A stretch of 64,000 nucleotides of DNA from Haliotis rufescens. Lineage: Eukaryota. The translations under genes were made by a program, and so were the position numbers. The DNA lies in NCBI RefSeq assembly GCF_023055435.1, contig NW_025964334.1, positions 15,376,001-15,440,000 on the forward strand, read 5' to 3'. The notes beneath the pieces were generated by a model. That model worked only from the letters and a program-made list of their open reading frames with translations. It searched no databases and had not been told where the DNA came from. Shown here piece after piece: positions 24,345 to 37,565 of the stretch; position 1 is the first letter of the stretch; each line of letters starts with the position of its first letter.

Positions 24345-26127
24345 AGACGCTATAGGGCTGAAATAATGCTGATGCAACATTAAATTTTAACTCACTTATA
24401 AAATTAAAAATTCAGAAAAGAATAAAGAATAATGATCATCATTCCTTCCAAATTTACCTGATTTTACAATGACACGGTATGTGTATTTGTTTTATTGCTT
24501 TTTACAACAAGACTGAAATGAACGTGATATTGACATGCGTACATTTCACCTCTCCAGATGACAGCCTGTGTCTTGTGTATCTATAACGCCTCCAACAGTG
24601 ACATTCCAAGTCTCTCATCTGATAATAATTCCCTACTTTCTCCATGGAATTATTTGCACAAATTGTGTCCTTTTTATAGAGGGGTTAATACCGTCATACG
24701 TCTTCAAACCCCCAAACCCTAGCTCTCCCCTAATACATTCTGTGAAGAATGATTTATGTGCTTGAGCGACATATTACAGTTAATAGCGTGGAAAATTGAA
24801 TCTAGTTTGGAGACTGTATGTTGGAGGTATCTGTTATGAACCAGAACCTTTAATATGCTTATAAATCCCCATTGTTTTAGCACATGATATAGTAATAGGA
24901 TTATCCTACACTAAGCCCTTGCCTCTGAGCGTGGCTTGTCATTTCCACTCTCGTGTCTTCATGCTCGAAATTCCCGAGAGGTCAATGTTTCAGGAGTGAA
25001 AGAGTTAGCTCCCTTTGATCAGAAATGCTACTTGTGGAATTCTTTTTGTTCAGTTAATCGCATTGAAAGGTTAATTTTTATTGAATTTAGGTCTTGTTAC
25101 AAATTGAATTGTTGTAACAAAAAATCTTACTGATTTTATTTCTGTTGAGTCTTCGAACTGTTTTGCTTAGGTTGAAGAACAATATGGGATATTTTATGAA
25201 TGCTTCAATGGGTGTTTTGCCATAATGGTCTGAATGAGTCGTTTTATAAATGTTCTGTTTTCCACTCATTAATGAGCCTTAATGGCTAATGTTTCAAAGC
25301 AGGAAGGAATGAAAAATGGTCAAGTGCGTCTCTTGTAATGCTGAAAAAAATAGAAATTTCTTCTCTTAATCTAGTCGATATTCTGCAATGCGCAAATGAT
25401 ATACAGAACAGAGTGTGATGGGCTATTATTTCTCAATGTGTTTTCTCGCACAAAAATTTGCACATTTTTTAGTGATCAATTCAGATTTTTTAGTCTATGC
25501 TTGTCTAGCACTTGTCAGATACTTCAGCTCGAATAAATGGTGAAAAAGTTATCAATTGCAAACAGAGGTTGATATCAAGCATTTGCAGAAGGGATTTAAG
25601 CGTCTTTACGTCCATTTGGCTGTGTCAGACGGTGTGAACATTTTGTTGTCAATTGCACAATCATTACACTGTAAACAAACTGTCTGTCACTGGAGTGTTT
25701 GCGTAATCTGGCGGGAATGAGCGTCCATTTCGGTGGTTCATTTCGAGTGGAATGTTGAAATGAAAATAATGTAGTCTAGAGGTCAAAAATGGAATTTAAA
25801 ATATTTTAAAATATTTTGCAAACACACTTGGGAGCATGAATGATGGCTGACAGGACATGTATGTTACCTTAGTGCAATGTATCATGACAGACAAGTAGGA
25901 CGAGGGTGAAATTGATGACTTTGAGTGCTGGTTCATTTCATTGTACAAAATGCCCTTACACTGAGTCAAGTGAATTCTACTTCACAAGTCAGTCATTTTT
26001 TCACACAGAAGTCATGTGATCAGATAATGAACTTTAACTGTTGAAAGAATTACTTTGAATGCAAAAAAATTCTCTAATCGTGCCATGAACATTCACATAG
26101 TTAATGGAATTTGGCACATTGTAAATT

Positions 26128-26139
26128 TTATTATTATTA

Positions 26140-26186
<47 letters not shown>
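26128..26186. repeat. (att)n microsatellite
   Basis: Direct reading. Confidence 0.97.
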
Positions 26187-29164
26187 ATAATTGTCAGGAT
26201 TAAAAAGATTCTGTGTTAATAAGTAGTTCTGTCATAATATCATTTGTAGATATGGAGAAATTCTTGACAGTAGTTGTCAGGAAAACAGAATCTCAAGAAT
26301 ACTTGGGTCTTCCTTAAATGGAAATCTGACAGTAAATACTTTGTTATCCAAATTAATTCTGTAATATTCCACACCAAGAATAAAGTTCATGTACATTACC
26401 TCAAAAGGATGAATTATAATACAACCTTCGAAAATGAGTTCATCTAGCATAATTGAAATTAGCAATTTACATTTAATTTATAATAAGCTAAATTTATGAT
26501 AAGTAATCAAAAAACTTATACAACTATCAAGACAAGACAAAAAATATAAGCCCAATTTGTTACCTCCCCTCTACCTTGCAATAGAACACATATCTGGAAT
26601 TCTTTGCAGGTTGATTTAAAAAAAACAAGACTTGGAACAGTGATTTGTGTATCAGAGCCGAGTAGAACAACGTCCTGCAGACCACCAGATTAGCCGGGCC
26701 AGCAAATTCCCCAATTCATCGCTAATAGGACAACTAATTACATAAAAGGTCACTTAAACGTATCGCCAGGATCCCATCCATCCTTAATCTGCTGCTAGAT
26801 GGGAGACATAGGAAATATATGTCCTTCTTTACTGGGTCATCTGCAATGTACGTAGAACCACCCTCCTGCCCTAGGCTTCAATCAATATTCTTTTAAGCAA
26901 TTGAGTATGGCTTAACGAACATGTAATAGTCACTAAACACTTGCCAATGTGTAGGTTTAGTTAACGTCGTTATACTGGCGTTACCAAGGGCTGCCTTGCA
27001 GACAGGGTTACTTGGTAATGAATTAAGATGATTTATTTAAATTGATTTCTTTTGCGTTTTGTAAATTTTTAAAACAATCAGTTTTCTTAAATGTAAAGTC
27101 TTTTTTCAGTTTTTGCTTCAAAAACTCTTTAAAGCTGCAGACCGGTAATCAGACATCACATTTTTTAATTTTTTACTTTATTTTATTCAAGTTATATTTG
27201 TTATAGAACATCTGTTGTCTTGACCTTGTTGGAGGGAGTGAGTGCGAAAGTAGAATTCACATTTGCTGAAGTGGTTTTTTGCTTAAAAGAGATTTTACTA
27301 AAAAGTTCTAAGAAGCTGACATCATGCATACAAGACTAGAAAGTTGAAAGGGGATTTTTAGGAATTAATGCAAATGAGTTCTTGTACCTTTAATAAAATG
27401 AGAAAGGTTTTGAACAATTTATCAATGATTTTTTCGTTTAGTTTTGTAAATTATTACAACCAAAATGTGTTTTTTAAAAATATGTTTTATTCAGTTATTG
27501 TTAAAAGGATTTATTGTCCTGTGATCATAAGTTTTGATGCATTTCTTCCTTTTTTAATCCTTTTTCAAAATGGATATCTACAAATGTACCAAACTGACCC
27601 CACGATATGGGAATGTAGGAGTCTGGAGATTGATGAAATATGCAGAAATTGACACATTCACAGACACCCCATCTTCCATCAAAGGAACATAATATTGGCT
27701 TTATATTACCGTTGTCAGTTTCATTCAATATGAAATAGAGGTATGTACTAGTTCACCCATGGTGGAGGTTTTTCACCTAAATAGATTGCAAACATGGAAA
27801 AATTTGGATTCATGTTTTTTTTTCAGATCCTGATTTCAATACAAATATGTATTTTTGTTTTTTGGTTATTTTTCTGATGTTATACAGTGATTTATAAAAT
27901 GCGAATTATTGAAACTGACAAGTTGAGTTATATTTGATATTTACAATTTACAATACAGAAATTGGCATCTGGTATTGAGTACATTTCGCCCTTGAAGCGC
28001 AGGAGTGTAGTCAAAGGGAGATAACTGAGTATTTGATCAATGAAAGCAGAAACAGCAAAGCACTGATGGATGACAACGTTCACGAGTACATTTCAGACTA
28101 TGTGGGAAGTGGATGAAATCTCTAGTGGTTTGATGACATTGTGTACCTAACTGACCAACAAAATAACAAATTGGCCTGTCTTTTTTCTGATTGTTTTATT
28201 GAAGTAATGCAGGATTGTCATGCTTTATGTTTGAGAGGAATGGTAATAATTTCAATATCTTTGGTTAAAAATAGTTTCATTTTGAATGGTGTCAATTCCA
28301 CATCTTTTTACATGGAATGTTTATGTAACTGTGTAAGCAGATATTTAACATTTTTTTCGTCAGTCTAATTTGTCTTTTGAAACTTTGGGAAAGCTTGACA
28401 TAAAATCATATTTCCAAGTTTATTTAGTTTTATGATAGGCAACATAGTAAACCCTGTTTTCTTTAAGTGGTGCATCGCAGACTTGGTGATTGCTGCAGCA
28501 TTAATAATATAAATTCTAGGAATGTTTTTGGTAGTAATTGTCGGAGTGATAAGTTTTATAGTTTGGAGGATAGTTTCTCTATATTTTAAAATCACATTAA
28601 CATTTACAAGAGTGTTTGTAAGAGCTTGAGATGAACGCTGCCATAAGTGTCAGTAGTCATCATGTACAAACGATCAGGGAAACATGATATGGATGGCATT
28701 TCAAGGGCAGCGTTACACGAGGAGCAGCAGCCTTTAATTCATCACTTTTTTTGTGTCAAAAAGGATTTCATACAGATTTAAATCCCATTAAAGCAAGAAG
28801 GCTTAGTACACCTTATCTAAATGTATTTACGACAAGTTTATGGAGATTGTGCGCGAAATCTAGATAAAGGGGACATATGTCATCTTGGATAACATGCTTG
28901 CCACGTTCACTCAGAAAATAATCAATAGTTGTTTTTTTTATCAGCTTGAGAGAGCTGATTTAGTTTTTATTAAATTTTGTCAAGTAAAATCAACTTACGT
29001 TATTGTTATTTAAGCATGAATGATGCAGAGTGTATCATAAATAATGTGTTTTTAGTGGTTTATATATTGGTTTGAGAGAAACTGTCTAATAATCCAGGAT
29101 GCAGATAAATTCAATATGTGCATGTATGTTGATGTTAAAACAATGTGGTGTTTAGTGTAAGACT

Positions 29165-29681
29165 CAATCTCATTTAAATCAGATCTTAGTTGTCGCTACC
29201 ACTAAACAAAGATCTGAAGACATCCCATTACATGATTACGGGTCACGTCAGACCGACCTTGCGCAAACTTTGACCGACCAATGGAATGACTGACAAGAAG
29301 TCAACATTAGCCAATCACAAGGCAGCTTTCTCATGCTTTACGGCACTAATTTCAAATTGGCTACTACACCTCGAAACATATTTTGACAAATTCCCGATTA
29401 AAAATTTGAAACCCGAACAAAAGAACATTCTCGAATGCCTCATATATGGTCTAGATTGTTTCGATTCAGTCGTTAAGCCCGTAACTATCGTTCGGAATAC
29501 CAGTTTTGAAGTTTTTGAGGCTGTATGATGAGAAATCACATTCCGACTGTCCCTTTCATGATCTGGTAAGCGACGCTCTGATTGGTCGGATGAAAGGTCG
29601 CTCTGACGTGACCCCTAATGGGATGTCCTCAGATCTTTGTTTTGTGGTAGCGAGAACTAAGATCTGATTTTAATCAGATTG
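29165..29681 (+). mobile_element. Non-autonomous DNA transposon with ~100-bp TIRs and a 10-bp TSD; AcademH-like
   Basis: TIR caatctcatttaaatcagatcttagtt... pairs with ...aactaagatctgattttaatcagattg. TSD gtgtaagact (29155-29164, 29682-29691). Internal helicase-like peptide. Confidence 0.85.
29391..29462 (+). pseudogene. Remnant of a RecQ-type SF2 helicase N-terminal motif 0/Q-motif region
   Basis: FPIKNLKPEQKNILECLIYGLDCF resembles the RecQ pattern F..xxLKPEQxxxLxxLxxGxDxF. The sequence breaks off before the expected Walker A (PTGxGKS). Confidence 0.6.
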
Positions 29682-29882
29682 GTGTAAGACTAAAAGAAAT
29701 AGCCTGTGTTGTTTCATTGGATGTATTTATTAAAGGAGAGTTGGGCTTGGTGAACTACCATGGGTAGATAGGGTAGCCCTGCGGTCCCGGTGTTCACTTG
29801 AGTTTGAATCTGGTCTTAGGTACACGCTCCCCTGTGTGGGATCAGACCAGGAAAGTTTCTCAGTGCCATCTTCTTGTTCCAA

Positions 29883-30122
29883 GGTGTAACATTCTATGAC
29901 ACAATGTAACATTCTTGTAAGATGTAACATTCTTGTTGGATGTGATGTTCTTGTGGTAAGATGAGATATTCTTGTAAGATGCGATGTTCTTGTTTTCGAA
30001 AATGACATTCTTGTAAGATGTAACGTTCTTAGATGTGACATGCTTGTTATTCAATGTGAAATACTTGTAGGATGTGATATTCTTTAAACTGTGACATTAT
30101 TCGTAGAACAATGTTCTTGTTA
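29883..30122. repeat. Diverged ~18-bp minisatellite (ttcttgtaagatgtaaca)
   Basis: Recurrent ttcttgt(a/t)agatgt words. Confidence 0.8.
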
Positions 30123-30159
30123 GCAGATGGGACAGTCAACAGTCAATTATGATGGCATC

Positions 30160-30162
<3 letters not shown>

Positions 30163-30217
<55 letters not shown>
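30163..30217. repeat. (ct)n microsatellite
   Basis: Direct reading. Confidence 0.97.
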
Positions 30218-30227
<10 letters not shown>

Positions 30228-33166
30228 CGAGTATGAGTTGAAAGGCAGACTAGATAAAAATCTTTCTAATTGTCAGTTTACCCCGTTTCATCTGCTCCAG
30301 AACATAATACGATATCCAAATTTCTTGTACTATATTACATTATCAATAGCAGAGATCTACCGGTGGTATTTTAAAAATACCACCGGATGTATTTATGAAC
30401 GTGGACTAGGATCTATTTGTGACATTTGAAATTGACATCTGTTTTTATGAGTGATTGTTTGACAATCCGGTGTCAGGGGTTATGCCCCTTTGATTACTGT
30501 TGACACAGTGTTATTGGTCCCCTGCTCCTGGCCACAGAGGCAACTCCCCACACAATTACACTTCCTCCACTTAACGAGTGATGGAGCTTGACGTACAGTG
30601 TATCACCATACATGGGTTCAACCCCAAACAGTGAAATCTTTCAGAAATTTGTATTATTAGTTATTTGTGTTGAGTGGATATATATTCGTTAATTAATACA
30701 GATATTATTTTACATTTGTACATATACCATGTAATACTAGATTGATTCTTACATTCTGTGTTCGACTGTACCTTCGATTTTGCAAAAGGCAATGAAAACA
30801 GAACAAAATGTTTCAGTGTTAAGAGATTTTATTTTAAACCCACTTTAATTTAAAACAATTTAGAAAAATAAATATCGTTATCAAAGCAAAGAATAACAAA
30901 GTAGTACAATGATCCCTCGCTACAACGCTACCTTCGTGGTCCAAAAATTGATGAGCGTTATAGATGATCAGCGGTTTAACAAAGGTCGAGTCGTAGATGG
31001 TAGATGACCAACAAAACAGTATACATGCTCTGCCTACCTAACACGATCTACGTTGCACGTTTCAGAAGTTGTTTATGATTTATAGCATAAAAAAAGAATT
31101 CATCGAGTATTAATATGCGCTTTCAAAAACACAAAAACACATTGTATCCCTTCAGGTGAATAAGCAAGTAGATCTATAACAAACTTGGTCAATAAAAGTA
31201 TGACATTCTAATAAAAGCAAGTTCCTGCCTTGCTTGATAAGAATATAAACCAGTTGGAGTAAGAGTAGCAGGATGTGTCCAATTTCAGGGGAAATATACA
31301 ATTTCGTAATTATCAAGAGCTCTGTCATTAATATTGCATAGAAAACATGACAATCCTGGATCATTAATTCAGAAACTGTTGTCAATAAACACACAGAAAA
31401 CAAGAAGGAACAAATTAAAAACCAGCATGGCTTTCTGTCGGATCCGTTTTCACTGCAGAGATAATGTCACATGGAAATATCTGACCATTCCACACAAAAA
31501 GGATGACACATAAAAACTGACTCTGTTATTGGCATTTGGTATCTCTCATCACATTACGCATGGAGGTATTGAGAAATGGACGATATTATGTTTCAAGATA
31601 CAATTTGTGACAGTTGCATGAATTTTTATTCAAATCTTTGCTAGCCCTCGTTTATCTGGACGGAATCAGCAATGAGAGGTCAGTGGAGGGGATAAACTCT
31701 AAAGTGGAACCAATATCACAGGATTACATTGCTGTCAATCAAACGTCTTTGCATCAAACTTAAGTACCGTTAATAAAAATTCATGATAGTAGAGAGCAAT
31801 ATTATGTCAGCTGCGGAGGTGGGGGTTCAGATGAGGTTTGTTCTGGGGTCCTTAATCTCTATGTACCCAGGGGATCATCCTGTCAGGGCTAAAGAAAACA
31901 GCGCATATTCTTTGTCCAGAGTTATATCAGCAAGTATGGTCTTGTGGTCATCAGAAATGTACATTAAAACAGGGGCATGCTTTCACAAGTGCAGATCACG
32001 CATGTGGAATTATTTCTTGTCAACCTGCAAACTCTAAAACGAAATTAATTTCATATGAAATTCGATCATTTAATGCATAAAGGGTTAGTCATTAGGATTT
32101 TTCTTTGAACCTGGATTAGGCTTCCATTCTTGCAATGAACCCCTTGATCCAAATTGAGTTTTTTAAGGAAGCTTTTTATTCAGTTTCAACTTTTGATGTT
32201 GGTAAATTATGTGAACATTTGTTAGCAGTTGTTTTGATGTGTGCTATTGGGGGCCTGGTGGATAATAGTTTAGTAGAGCGAGATGTGTTATGGCTACCAG
32301 TGGTTGTAATCTCCAGATTGATGTACATTTCAGTCAGTGTTTGACAGATATGTTATTAGGGTCGGCAGTATATGTACATGGTAACAAGTGCTTGTTGTTT
32401 CAAGAAGACACACATTTCATTAAGATAACAGCTGATGGTATGGTGATTACATGTGTCAAAGGTCAGATAGATACAGCTGATGATAACTTAATAGATGTTG
32501 ATTTCACCAAGAAATGATATCAGTGTGATTGCATTTCAGTTTGTCAATATCATAAAATAACATTTATGGAACTTCAGATGTCATTTTGTTCATTATTCAA
32601 ATAAAATAACACTTATAAGGTCAAATAAACATGTCAAGCTTACCAAGAGATATACAAGGCTGACATTATGGCTATCTTGGATTAAGTAAATACGTCAATT
32701 GCAATCAGCGTTGTCTGTTTGTCTGTGTGTCCTGCACAAAGTTGTCATTAGGTAAAGGCCAGGGGTCATCCTTTGTCGCATTAGCTGTCCTTGATGACCA
32801 CCAGGTGGACACCGGAAGAGGTTACCAGTCTGACCCGTGGAGTCAGAGGTCAGGGAGAAACTATAAATTGGAAATGAAATTTAGATTAGGATGAAATTAA
32901 CCATTATCCATTGGTCCAAACTGTTTCCTGTTTATTGTTTTCGAAGCACAGTTTCACGTGTTAATCCAAGTGATGCAGTTCCTTGGATATATTTTTCGGA
33001 TTAATAAATTAGCAAATCATTGCAATGAAGTAATGACAGTTGTATTAATATAGCATTCCTAACAGTAGTCATGAGGAAGGTAGGTTTTTCCGACCCAAAG
33101 GGTTTCACTGTATGTGAAATGATTTTTTGCTTTGCCCTGTAGGATGAGATGGTAATGTGTCAGTTA

Positions 33167-33325
33167 ACCTTCTAGCACCTCACAGGCAGTTTGGATGAAT
33201 ACTCCCCAGGGAGCTGAGAATGAAAGTCGAGTGCACACTGATCCATTGACCGGAGTAATAAAGTAGCGCATTGAGCATTCTTTAGGGTGTGGATTTAGCG
33301 TATTATAAATAGGCTCATTATTACT
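33167..33325 (+). mobile_element. 3' part of family D SINE
   Basis: ctccccagggagctgagaatgaaa...ctgatccattgaccgg...tataaataggctcattatta; homologous to 8000-8133. Confidence 0.75.
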
Positions 33326-33331
33326 GTTACT

Positions 33332-33497
33332 GGGGGCGGTCGGGTAGCCTAGTGGTAAAGCATCCACTCGTCACGCCAAAGACCCGGGTTCGATTCCCCA
33401 CATTGGTACAATGTGTGAAGCCCATATCTGGTGTCCCCCACCGCGATATTGCTGGAATATTGCTAAAAGCATCGTAAAACCATACTCACTCATTCAC
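33332..33497 (+). mobile_element. Family A tRNA-SINE inserted at the tail of the family D copy
   Basis: A and B boxes (ggttcgattccc), family A body and tail; ttactgg occurs on both sides. Confidence 0.93.
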
Positions 33498-34587
33498 AAT
33501 TACTGGACAATTCAATGAATTAAAAAATCATATGAAGTACATCAGTTGCCCATTCTTTAAATAACATTTGTGAAAAAAATGGAAATTCACGACAAAATAT
33601 CTTTTTCTGGAAGTAAAATGTGATCAAAATGGACAAGATTTTTCGAACGAACAGGAAATGCCCCCCTAATCCATAACATGCCTTGTAAAAATTCACATTT
33701 TTTTAAACATGAAAAGAGCTGAGAAGAAAAAAGTGCCTATTGTATTGTCAACATAGGCACCGTGTCCCCTCGCCCTAAATTTACCTGTAGTGAGGATAAC
33801 GAGCCCTCTTCTACCTGTTTGTTCGCTGTTCTTCCTTCAGACGCTGCGCTGTGTCAATACTTGCGAGTCAACGGGTTAAATCTATGTCCGAACTGTCGGT
33901 CAGATTTCTCAAGCTCTTTAGAGCCTCAGCTATGTTGGCAAAGCGACTGCTTTTGAAGATACGAGTGACTCTCCTGTCTGAGAAGATGAGAAAAGTTCAT
34001 TACGGGGATATAAGATTGTTGACTGAAGGCATTCATGGACACATGTGTATATTTAGCATGTTGAAGATATGCTCACTATGTTCCAAGTTATTTGTGTTTA
34101 ACTGTAAATTGGCTTGGCACTTGGTTAAGAAATCCTTCCTAAATGATTCTTTGATTGTGAATTATGATATTTCAACGTGACACCTCTACATTATTCCTCA
34201 AACCCAAATGTTAAGTTGAAACAGATGTGATTAATTTGTCTGTAAACTCGGGGAAGGGAAAGGTCAATTGCAGTTTCATGGCATTTTATGATGTTGACTA
34301 TTTACATAATAGGATTTGGATGTGGTGTTGTCTATGCTGTGTCAGGGATGGTCCTGTCAAAGGAATATTTGTTTGTCATTAATTACGTTAGTGAATATGT
34401 AATATAATAAAGTCCACTTTATCTAATATTAACTTTAGAGATGTGTTCTGAGGAGGAGATTGCGTAAGTGGATAAAGAAGAGGGTGCAGCACCCGTCGTC
34501 TCTCCCCCCCCCCCCCCCCCCCCCAAAAAAAACCAACAAAACAAAACCAAAAAATAGCCAACTCAACTTCACCCACCTTTGTTTTGA

Positions 34588-34729
34588 GTGAGTATGATTT
34601 TCTGCTGCTTTTAGCAATATATAGGGGACGCCAGAAATGGGCTTCACTCATTGTATCCATGTCGGGAATCGAACCTGGGTCTTCAGGGTTAAGAGCAACG
34701 CTTTAACCGCTAGGCTACCCGACTGCCCC
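34588..34729 (-). mobile_element. Family A tRNA-SINE with internal deletion
   Basis: Reverse complement of family A; TSD cctttgttttga (34576-34587, 34730-34741). Confidence 0.92.
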
Positions 34730-34908
34730 CCTTTGTTTTGAAGCAAACTCAACATTTATACATTCCGAAATAATGAATACATTGCAATGGAAATATCTAC
34801 TTACATATATCACCTAAGACTAACAACCACTATAACTCTGCAATCTAAGCTCTATATATCTTCAGGTATGAAATTGAAATGGAATCAGTTTTTTTTGTAA
34901 CAAGACGT

Positions 34909-35076
34909 GGGGCAGTGGAGTGGTCTAGTGGTTAAAGCGTTCCCTCGTCACGCCGAAGACCCAAGTTCGATTCCCCACATGTGTACAGTGTGTGAAACCC
35001 ATTTCTGGTGTCCCCCCAACCATGATATTGCTGGAATATTGCTAAAAGCGGCGTAAAACCACACTTACTCACTCAC
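34909..35076 (+). mobile_element. Family A tRNA-SINE
   Basis: Perfect 13-bp TSD tgtaacaagacgt (34896-34908, 35077-35089). Confidence 0.95.
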
Positions 35077-37436
35077 TGTAACAAGACGTCCATATTTCAG
35101 TCGATTGAATGATGTCCTCCATTGCACAAACATGGCAGATGGATTTCTTCCATTGGACATGGAGAAACTGCATTTCCCAGCTGCTGATTACAAAACCTAT
35201 TTTATTGTGCGAGCAGTATGTCATGTGTGCAAACTTTATTGATTTACGCAGGTAATAACTTGCCTCTTTGTTTACAATTAGCTTGCACTTAATGGTAGAA
35301 ATCACCTACTGCTGAAATTAGCATGGATAATGAGAGACTGTTCTGTGCTGTTACTTGGTGCTGAACAGGGAAGTCAAGCTGCCTACGAGTTTCCAGCCTT
35401 GTGATCTGTTAAATTTACAGTAAAAAACATTTCGAATTGTTTAAGTTTGTTCTCAACTCTTTGACCTTTACAGTGTGTGAGTGCCTAGCAAACCAATGAT
35501 TAATAGGACAGAGTTGTGAACCTTTTATTGGCTGTGGTAAGTAGTCCTATTTCTTTAGGTGATTAAAGCTTTAATTGAAAGATTTGCATCACATTTCTCG
35601 AAGTAATGTTAGAGTTACAACTGTCGTAAGTCTGGGTTTTGGACAGGAGTTACAACAGCTACAACATCAATAGGATTAACTTGTGTAAAAAATCCAGGAT
35701 CTCGTCTCAAAAGATGATGCAAATATACAACTCCAAAGAAGTTACAGAACACACAATTTTTTCATATGACTATAGTTAATCTCTCACGACGTGAATAATG
35801 TCATCAACTATCTACTATCCGCAAAAAGTTAAGTAGGGAGAAAAAAATAAAGTAGGAGCCTGAGTTTTTAAGATAATTTTTTAACAGGTTATTATTTAGT
35901 ATTTTGAATGACTTATTTATATGTACAGCAACATTAAGCTGAGGTTTTTAGCATTATGGTTCTCGTTTTTGTTTTTTCACTTTCACGTTTCAGTTTGTCG
36001 GAGTTTGCAGATTCGTAAACCAAGATTTAAAAAAGTCTGGCCTCAAAAAGACCTTATGTTGAACTAAAGTACTAAAAGGTTATTACCTTTTTAGAATGTA
36101 TAACCACAATTCTCACAGTTGGGGCTGAATGTATAGAAATTATACTGAAAAATACCTAAGTTGCTCTTTCTATGGTAATTATCAAGCAGTGAAGCGGAAT
36201 GGAGTCAGCATTACTCCTTTCTTGGTATATAGTCATTTTATGCCTGGAATCTACCCCTTACTAGCAAAAAGGCCAAGCCTGAGTGACTAACGTCAAACAA
36301 TGTGTGGGATATCTGAAGCGTAGAGATGATCTATTCTCTAGGTGGAAGCATGGGAGACATTACTGGAAACTGCTTTCCTAACTACCTATTATGTTAAGTT
36401 TCCAGAAATACTATTCTTTATGCTCAAATGGTTCAAAAGAAAAACTTGAAAAGAAAATATCACTGAGGTTTGTGGGTGAGTTCATGCTGACAATAGGATG
36501 GTAAGTATGTTTGAGAACTGGCTTCACAAATATCCATCGGTAAATGAACTTTGGGTAGCATATGAGCTGCATTTATTGTCCAAATCTGATCCCCATTTCT
36601 AAGGGCAACAGTGGAACCTCGAAAACATCAAAAATTGAATCTCTACGTTAAGCTACTCTCTGACTTCTTGTGTATAATAAAGCTCCTTTGTACCCCTGGC
36701 ATGGTCTTGTTATCTTGGAGGGGGGTCCTCTCTACCTGTCGTGCTTTACAGGTGAGTTTTATTGTCCGTGCAGGTTTAAGAACAAGCGCTTGTGGTCAAA
36801 CAGACTTTTGAACAATGGGGAGTATCAGTGACCATGTTTTGCTTAGTGGGATTAGCAGGAGAGCAGGCTCGGACAAAACGATGACCCTGTGTGGTCAAGC
36901 GGTCAGGAAGGACCCTGTGACCATAGTGCACAGGGCACAATGCCCCCCCAGCACACAGCAACGCCCTCTAGGCTGGGCAGGTGGACGGAGGATGATGAAT
37001 TGAACATTAACATAGGACACGCCCACTTACTTAAACATGCTCTTCTGGTTTGCTCATTAGCACTACAATTAAGTCTGGATTTCTCTGCACCAGGCACAGT
37101 AATTGATAGGAAATGTTGCAGCTCACTGAATGATGATTTAACATACAGACTCTTAAGGGAAGGAAAAGGGTTCTTCTGAGATTTACTGTAGATCAGAGGG
37201 GAGGGCGGGCTGTAGAGAATCAAGGGTCACCAAAACCACGTCAAGCTAAGAGTGGGGTCAGTAAGTTAAGAAGTTTATGGAGGGTAATTAAAATGACTTC
37301 CACTTTAATGTGAAAAAAATAAAAGTACAAAGTTGTTTTTTTGTCAAGAAGGGAGACTTGGTCATCCCAAATGATGAAAAACATTTATTGAAGGTAAAAA
37401 TGTCAGTTGTAATTAGTTCTGATGTCCTCTTTGATC

Positions 37437-37565
37437 TGTTTGTTTGTTTGTTTGTTTAACGCTGCACTCAGCAATATTCTGGCTATTTGACAGAGTGATA
37501 CAAACTATCGAGTCTGGGCCAGACAATCCAGTGATTGAAATCATGAGCATCAATCTACCCAACTG
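37437..37565 (-). mobile_element. 3' half of a family B element
   Basis: (gttt)n, cagcaatatt, ccagacaatccagtgattg, catgagcatc are the reverse complement of the B tail. Confidence 0.85.

Noticed and set aside
30905-30965. tacaatgatccctcgctacaacg as a mariner-type MITE end
   Set aside because: No matching opposite TIR found, so I could not delimit an element.
34850-34875. cttcag|gtatga as another ratchet point
   Set aside because: Short pyrimidine tract, weak donor, and no downstream donor.
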